A stretch of 10,432 bases of DNA from an uncultured Oligoflexus sp. (GTDB lineage Bacteria; Bdellovibrionota_B; Oligoflexia; Oligoflexales; Oligoflexaceae), in assembly GCA_964236955.1 (NCBI GenBank), contig CAXSGP010000134.1:1-10432 (forward strand), in the 5' to 3' direction. Shown in pieces: positions 7,126-10,432 of this stretch (position 1 is its first letter; the number at the start of each line of letters is the position of its first letter). The position numbers and the translations under genes are program-made. The notes below the pieces were generated by a model. That model did no database searches, was not told the DNA's origin, and worked only from the letters and a program-made list of their open reading frames with translations.

Positions 7126-7896
7126 TCAGCTTTTGCGCGTCTGACAGTTGGCGTCTTCACCCGAAAACAGACCCTCCGCCTCCAATCGACCAGCGGCATT
7201 GTGCCGGGCTCTATAGGTCTTAAAGGGATAGACAAAGTCCTTGGCTTTGGGTTGATAGCCAAAAATTTCCTTGAGGAAAAAGCCCTTTAGGAACCGCACC
7301 ATCGACTCGAATTCTGGAAAACACTCAGCCTTGATTTCAAGCTGCGAGCAATCGATGAGCAGACTCCATGCCGAATGCCAATGCATGAGATTGTTGGTCA
7401 TTTTGCTGCGAAGGATCTGCACTTTTTCTTTGGAATCGATCACGGCATCGCCGGCGAAGCTCAGCTCAACGACGTGTTGGCGAAAATGATTTTGAAATTG
7501 TATGCTGCTGCGAAAATCCCCCGGCTCCCGCTGCACGCGGGCCCGAAGGCCGATCGCGTCCATCGCCGCCGCCTCGTCAGCGAAGGAATCGAAGGGAACG
7601 ACTGCGGCCAGTTCCGGATCGAGGCCGAAAATGACTGCTTTTTTAAGAAAAAATCCGCTCATGAGCTTTTCAAGGCGTAGAAAGGCAGCCTTGATTTGAG
7701 CCTTATCAGCGTCCTGGGCCACGGAAAGATTGCGGCCATCGATTACCGATTTATAGGGAGAATGCCAGCTTTTGAGCGCGTCCATCCACAGCTGACGCCA
7801 GGCTTGGACATCGGCATCACCTTTAAGTGTGAAACTTTCGGAAAATGCCTGGGTCATGATTTTGTTTTGGTAATCGTGCTCAAATACTATTTTCAT
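7126..7896 (-). CDS. Hypothetical protein with two tandem homologous domains (putative STAS/SEC14, SpoIIAA-like)
   Basis: The ATG follows an AGGA RBS, 14 nt after the VKOR-DsbA stop. An internal repeat is visible by eye: VQ..R...L..WHS.....ID...L...GFFLK...G...PF occurs twice. The fold assignment is an inference. Confidence 0.7.
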   Translation of the reverse strand: MKIVFEHDYQNKIMTQAFSESFTLKGDADVQAWRQLWMDALKSWHSPYKSVIDGRNLSVAQDADKAQIKAAFLRLEKLMSGFFLKKAVIFGLDPELAAVVPFDSFADEAAAMDAIGLRARVQREPGDFRSSIQFQNHFRQHVVELSFAGDAVIDSKEKVQILRSKMTNNLMHWHSAWSLLIDCSQLEIKAECFPEFESMVRFLKGFFLKEIFGYQPKAKDFVYPFKTYRARHNAAGRLEAEGLFSGEDANCQTRKS

Positions 7897-7910
7897 ATGT
7901 TTTCCTGAAC

Positions 7911-9164
7911 TCAGCCCTGGAGTAGGGCCTGAATGATCGCTCGTAACGAATCGACATCATTATTCCCAGAATATTTTCGACCATTGAAGAAGAGGGTGGG
8001 CGTGCCCTGAAGGCCAGCTTCGTTGGCCTGACGGGCATCATCTTCAATCTTCGCCGCGACGTCTTTGTTTTCAAGGCAGGCTTTTATAGCTGCTTCGTTT
8101 AAGCCGCCAAACTCTTTGCCCCAAGCAAGCACTGTCTTTTCGTTGATCTCGGTTTGATTGTCGAAGAGCTGATTGTGGAGTTCCCAGAACCTGCCACTGG
8201 CTCCGGCGCAGCGCGCGAGTTTTGCGGCGGTACAGGCGTGCGGATGCATCTTTACCTGAACGTTGGGGTTACAGCTTTGATCGAGAGGAAAGTTTTTAAA
8301 GACGAAGAGAACTTTCTCGCCAAATTCATTATGAAGTTTGCGCACCGCCTTGGACGCGTTGCCGCAGGCCGGACACTGAAAGTCGACAAACTCGACGACT
8401 TTAACTTTGGCGTCGGGTGAGCCTTTGTGAAAATCTTCGCCCAGTCCGCTATAGGCCGAGAGATCGATTTGGACTGAGGGCGAAACGTTGGCATCCAATT
8501 CGGCCAGAGGGCTTGGCGCCTCGAGCGCCTGGGCGGCGATTTGCCTGCGCACTTCAGCAATGTCCTCACCGGATTTTGGATTGTCGAGAGTCAGATTGGA
8601 GGGCGCGCGGGGTTTAAAGGCCTGAAAGCCGGCAATAGCAATGCCGAGGGCGACGACAGCGTACCAGGCGCCGTTCCCAGTGGATTTAAGGCTCAGAGGT
8701 CTTGGAATGGCTTCACGACTGAAGAAGAGCACACCGCCCTGGACAAAGGTCACCAGGTAGATGCCTACGCAGGTTGGGCAGATTTTACCGATTATGAATT
8801 CGGAAATACCAAGCAGGCTAAGGGATACCAGGCTGCCAATAACAACTAGCGCGCAATAGGCGTGGAGTGATTCGGAACGAAGGGTTTCTTTAAAGCGTGC
8901 CGTCATAAGAAGGGCGAAAAGACCGAGGAAATAGCCGATGCCATAGACACCTAGAGGGTTACCCCATTTATCTTCAGCATATTTACTGTTCGCTATGTCA
9001 TCACAGCTAAATGTTTCGTTGATATTGCATGAGAAGCTGGTGTGTCCCAGCTCCTTGAGTTCAAGGTGGTGAATGAGCGAATAAAAGCTAAGCCCTAAGC
9101 CAACCAGAGCAAATATACTTCCGAGCAGTACCAGGTTTCTAAGTTTTTCATCGCGCTGATTCAT
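7911..9164 (-). CDS. VKOR-DsbA (thioredoxin-like) fusion disulfide-bond formation protein
   Basis: The N-terminal VKOR has the loop Cys pair CNINETFSC, the conserved Ser in NSKYA, about 5 TM helices and active-site CPTC. The C-terminal DsbA-like domain has EFVDFQCPAC, FKNFPL and cis-Pro GTPTLFFNG. A GAGAGGG RBS precedes the ATG. Confidence 0.93.
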   Translation of the reverse strand: MNQRDEKLRNLVLLGSIFALVGLGLSFYSLIHHLELKELGHTSFSCNINETFSCDDIANSKYAEDKWGNPLGVYGIGYFLGLFALLMTARFKETLRSESLHAYCALVVIGSLVSLSLLGISEFIIGKICPTCVGIYLVTFVQGGVLFFSREAIPRPLSLKSTGNGAWYAVVALGIAIAGFQAFKPRAPSNLTLDNPKSGEDIAEVRRQIAAQALEAPSPLAELDANVSPSVQIDLSAYSGLGEDFHKGSPDAKVKVVEFVDFQCPACGNASKAVRKLHNEFGEKVLFVFKNFPLDQSCNPNVQVKMHPHACTAAKLARCAGASGRFWELHNQLFDNQTEINEKTVLAWGKEFGGLNEAAIKACLENKDVAAKIEDDARQANEAGLQGTPTLFFNGRKYSGNNDVDSLRAIIQALLQG

Positions 9165-9294
9165 AGGCCCTCTCAGTTAAGCGTTCAAATGGATTCATCG
9201 TAGAAGAGCTTGTTAAAAGTGGCAAGAAGCATAGCAGGTGAAATGCGACTAAATGGCGCTTTAATGCCGACTTGTTTTAAATTATCAAAGTTAG

Positions 9295-9325
9295 TTGACA
9301 GCTATTTAGCATTCCTGCATAAAAC
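9295..9325 (+). promoter_or_regulatory. Candidate sigma70 promoter of tRNA-Ala
   Basis: Perfect TTGACA at 9295-9300, preceded by AT-rich DNA. The -10 match is weak: CATAAA at 17 bp or TAAAAC at 19 bp. Confidence 0.4.
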
Positions 9326-9358
9326 GTCCTTAGCGAACTTTAATGCGTTCGCTATTTT

Positions 9359-9431
9359 GGGGGTTTAGCTCAGTTGGTAGAGTGCTGCCATGGCATGGCA
9401 GAGGTCAGGAGTTCGACCCTCCTAACCTCCA
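9359..9431 (+). tRNA. tRNA-Ala (anticodon GGC), CCA not encoded
   Basis: Cloverleaf: acceptor GGGGGTT/AACCTCC with the G3:U70 Ala identity pair; D arm GCTC-AGTTGGTA-GAGT; anticodon arm CTGCC-ATGGCAT-GGCAG; T arm AGGAG-TTCGACC-CTCCT; discriminator A followed by CTT. Confidence 0.97.
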
Positions 9432-9491
9432 CTTTCTCTCTTCTCTCCAGTTTTAAAGTACAATAAGCCATAGTAGCCTTGAGGGGATACT

Positions 9492-10036
9492 ATGGCTTAT
9501 TTTGTTGTTCGAGGAATATCTAAGGCGGTTTATCTCTACTATCAAGATAAAGATGGCAAACTGAAATGCCTCAAACATAAGTTGACCAAGCACTTAGACA
9601 AGGTCGATGACGCCTACCGGCAGGGGTTCCTGCAAGACTTTCTCTTCAATAATGGCTTAGAATTTCCCGCACATTCCTAAGCCACGAGAAAACTCTAAAG
9701 ATGCCCCAGAAGTTTCTGGACTATTTGGAGTCCTAAGGCAAAGCACCTGGCATCATAAATCAGTATCGGCAGATGTTAGTTGAGCACTGTCTGCCCTACT
9801 TTGTTCACCGCGAACCGTATGAGATGCCCGATCCAAACTCTTGGATACCCTACGCCCCAAAAATGATTGACCAGCTCAAAGCCGAGAATCTATCTCAGGA
9901 CGTGATAGTCCGCTGCAATGTTTCCATGCGGCAGTTCTGGAAATGGCTGCACGAAGAAATGATATTTGTTGCGACTACACCCCTGATCCTTCGAGGCATT
10001 GCGGCACTGAAACACTACGCTCGCCAATACCCTTAG
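9492..10036 (+). pseudogene. Degenerate tyrosine recombinase/integrase N-terminal remnant (frameshift, internal stop, no catalytic domain)
   Basis: Starts 60 nt after the tRNA with a GAGGGG RBS. Extending the 9773 frame upstream gives KFLDYLES*GKAPGIINQYRQMLVEHCLPYF, with TAA at 9734-9736, and later LSQDVIVRCNVSMRQFWKWL. This is the helical pattern of integrase SAM-like/core-binding domains. The 9492-9680 piece is in another frame. Confidence 0.62.
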
Positions 10037-10140
10037 CTCCTTGCAGAACGGGAAACTCAATCCCAGCAAGTCTTTCATTGACTCCTGAAGCGATACAATT
10101 TATAGGTAAGTCAGTTTAGTTAAAGAGGGGAATTGATCCG

Positions 10141-10359
10141 ATGAAATCTCTTGCCACGACATTATTTGTTCTCAAGATAATTGTTTTTCTATTAGCAATA
10201 GCAGGGTTAAGTGTTCGAACTTTTCACCTTCAGGGCGGGGCTTGGGAAATGTTCGACCCAGAAATGACTCGCCAATTAGTTTTTATGTACGCATTCTTTG
10301 AATCCACTTACCAATACTTGAAGCTCAAGATAAAAGCGGATGCAGCAGGTATCAAATGA
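10141..10359 (+). CDS. Small hypothetical membrane protein (72 aa)
   Basis: AAGAGGGG RBS-like sequence upstream, one strong N-terminal hydrophobic helix, a second weaker hydrophobic segment and a basic C-terminus. Confidence 0.5.
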   Translation: MKSLATTLFVLKIIVFLLAIAGLSVRTFHLQGGAWEMFDPEMTRQLVFMYAFFESTYQYLKLKIKADAAGIK

Positions 10360-10380
10360 GATCAATTCTTTTTGCATTAT

Positions 10381-10432
10381 TAGGGGCTGTTGACGTTTGA
10401 GATAAGTGATTGAAAAGTACAGGCAAACTCGT
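10381..10432. mobile_element. Probable terminal inverted repeat of an IS5-family insertion sequence extending beyond the window
   Basis: TAGGGGCTGTTGACGTTT resembles, from memory, IS5-family (IS427-like) ends of the form TAG|GG(N)CTGTTGAC. No transposase or partner repeat is visible in the window. Confidence 0.35.

Noticed and set aside
5737..8849. Short ORFs overlapping gmhB, the tandem-domain gene and VKOR-DsbA (e.g. 5737-5922, 7036-7290, 7375-7680, 8154-8420, 8541-8849)
   Set aside because: Explained as shadows of the stronger minus-strand genes; 5737-5922 also runs through the terminator.
9492..10036. Treating 9492-9680 and 9773-10036 as two independent small genes or a toxin-antitoxin pair
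   Set aside because: The intervening DNA encodes continuous integrase-like sequence across one stop codon, so a single pseudogene fits better.
1..10432. CRISPR array, retron/RT, or complete anti-phage system
   Set aside because: No regularly spaced repeats, RT motifs or recognisable nuclease/defence domains seen. The CPBP 'Abi' family name alone is not evidence of abortive infection.

Overview
Bacterial chromosomal window. Gene content and style suggest a deltaproteobacteria-like lineage such as Bdellovibrionota/Oligoflexia (inference only). Bases 1-9431 are gene-dense core-like DNA. On the minus strand at the left are an m5U rRNA methyltransferase (RlmD/RlmC family) and a secreted protein with a cryptic NlpC/P60-like Cys-His module. 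A divergent plus-strand run follows: a receiver-PilZ protein, CheV, a CPBP intramembrane protease and a BFD-like [2Fe-2S] protein. It ends at a bidirectional terminator. A convergent minus-strand run holds a VKOR-DsbA fusion, an internally duplicated STAS/SEC14-like protein, two small hypotheticals and gmhB. tRNA-Ala(GGC) lies at 9359-9431. After it the DNA looks more AT-rich and contains a broken integrase-like N-terminus, a small membrane ORF and a probable IS5-type end, which together suggest the decayed edge of a tRNA-integrated island. No CRISPR array or complete defence system is visible. All family calls come from reading motifs by eye; no searches were run.
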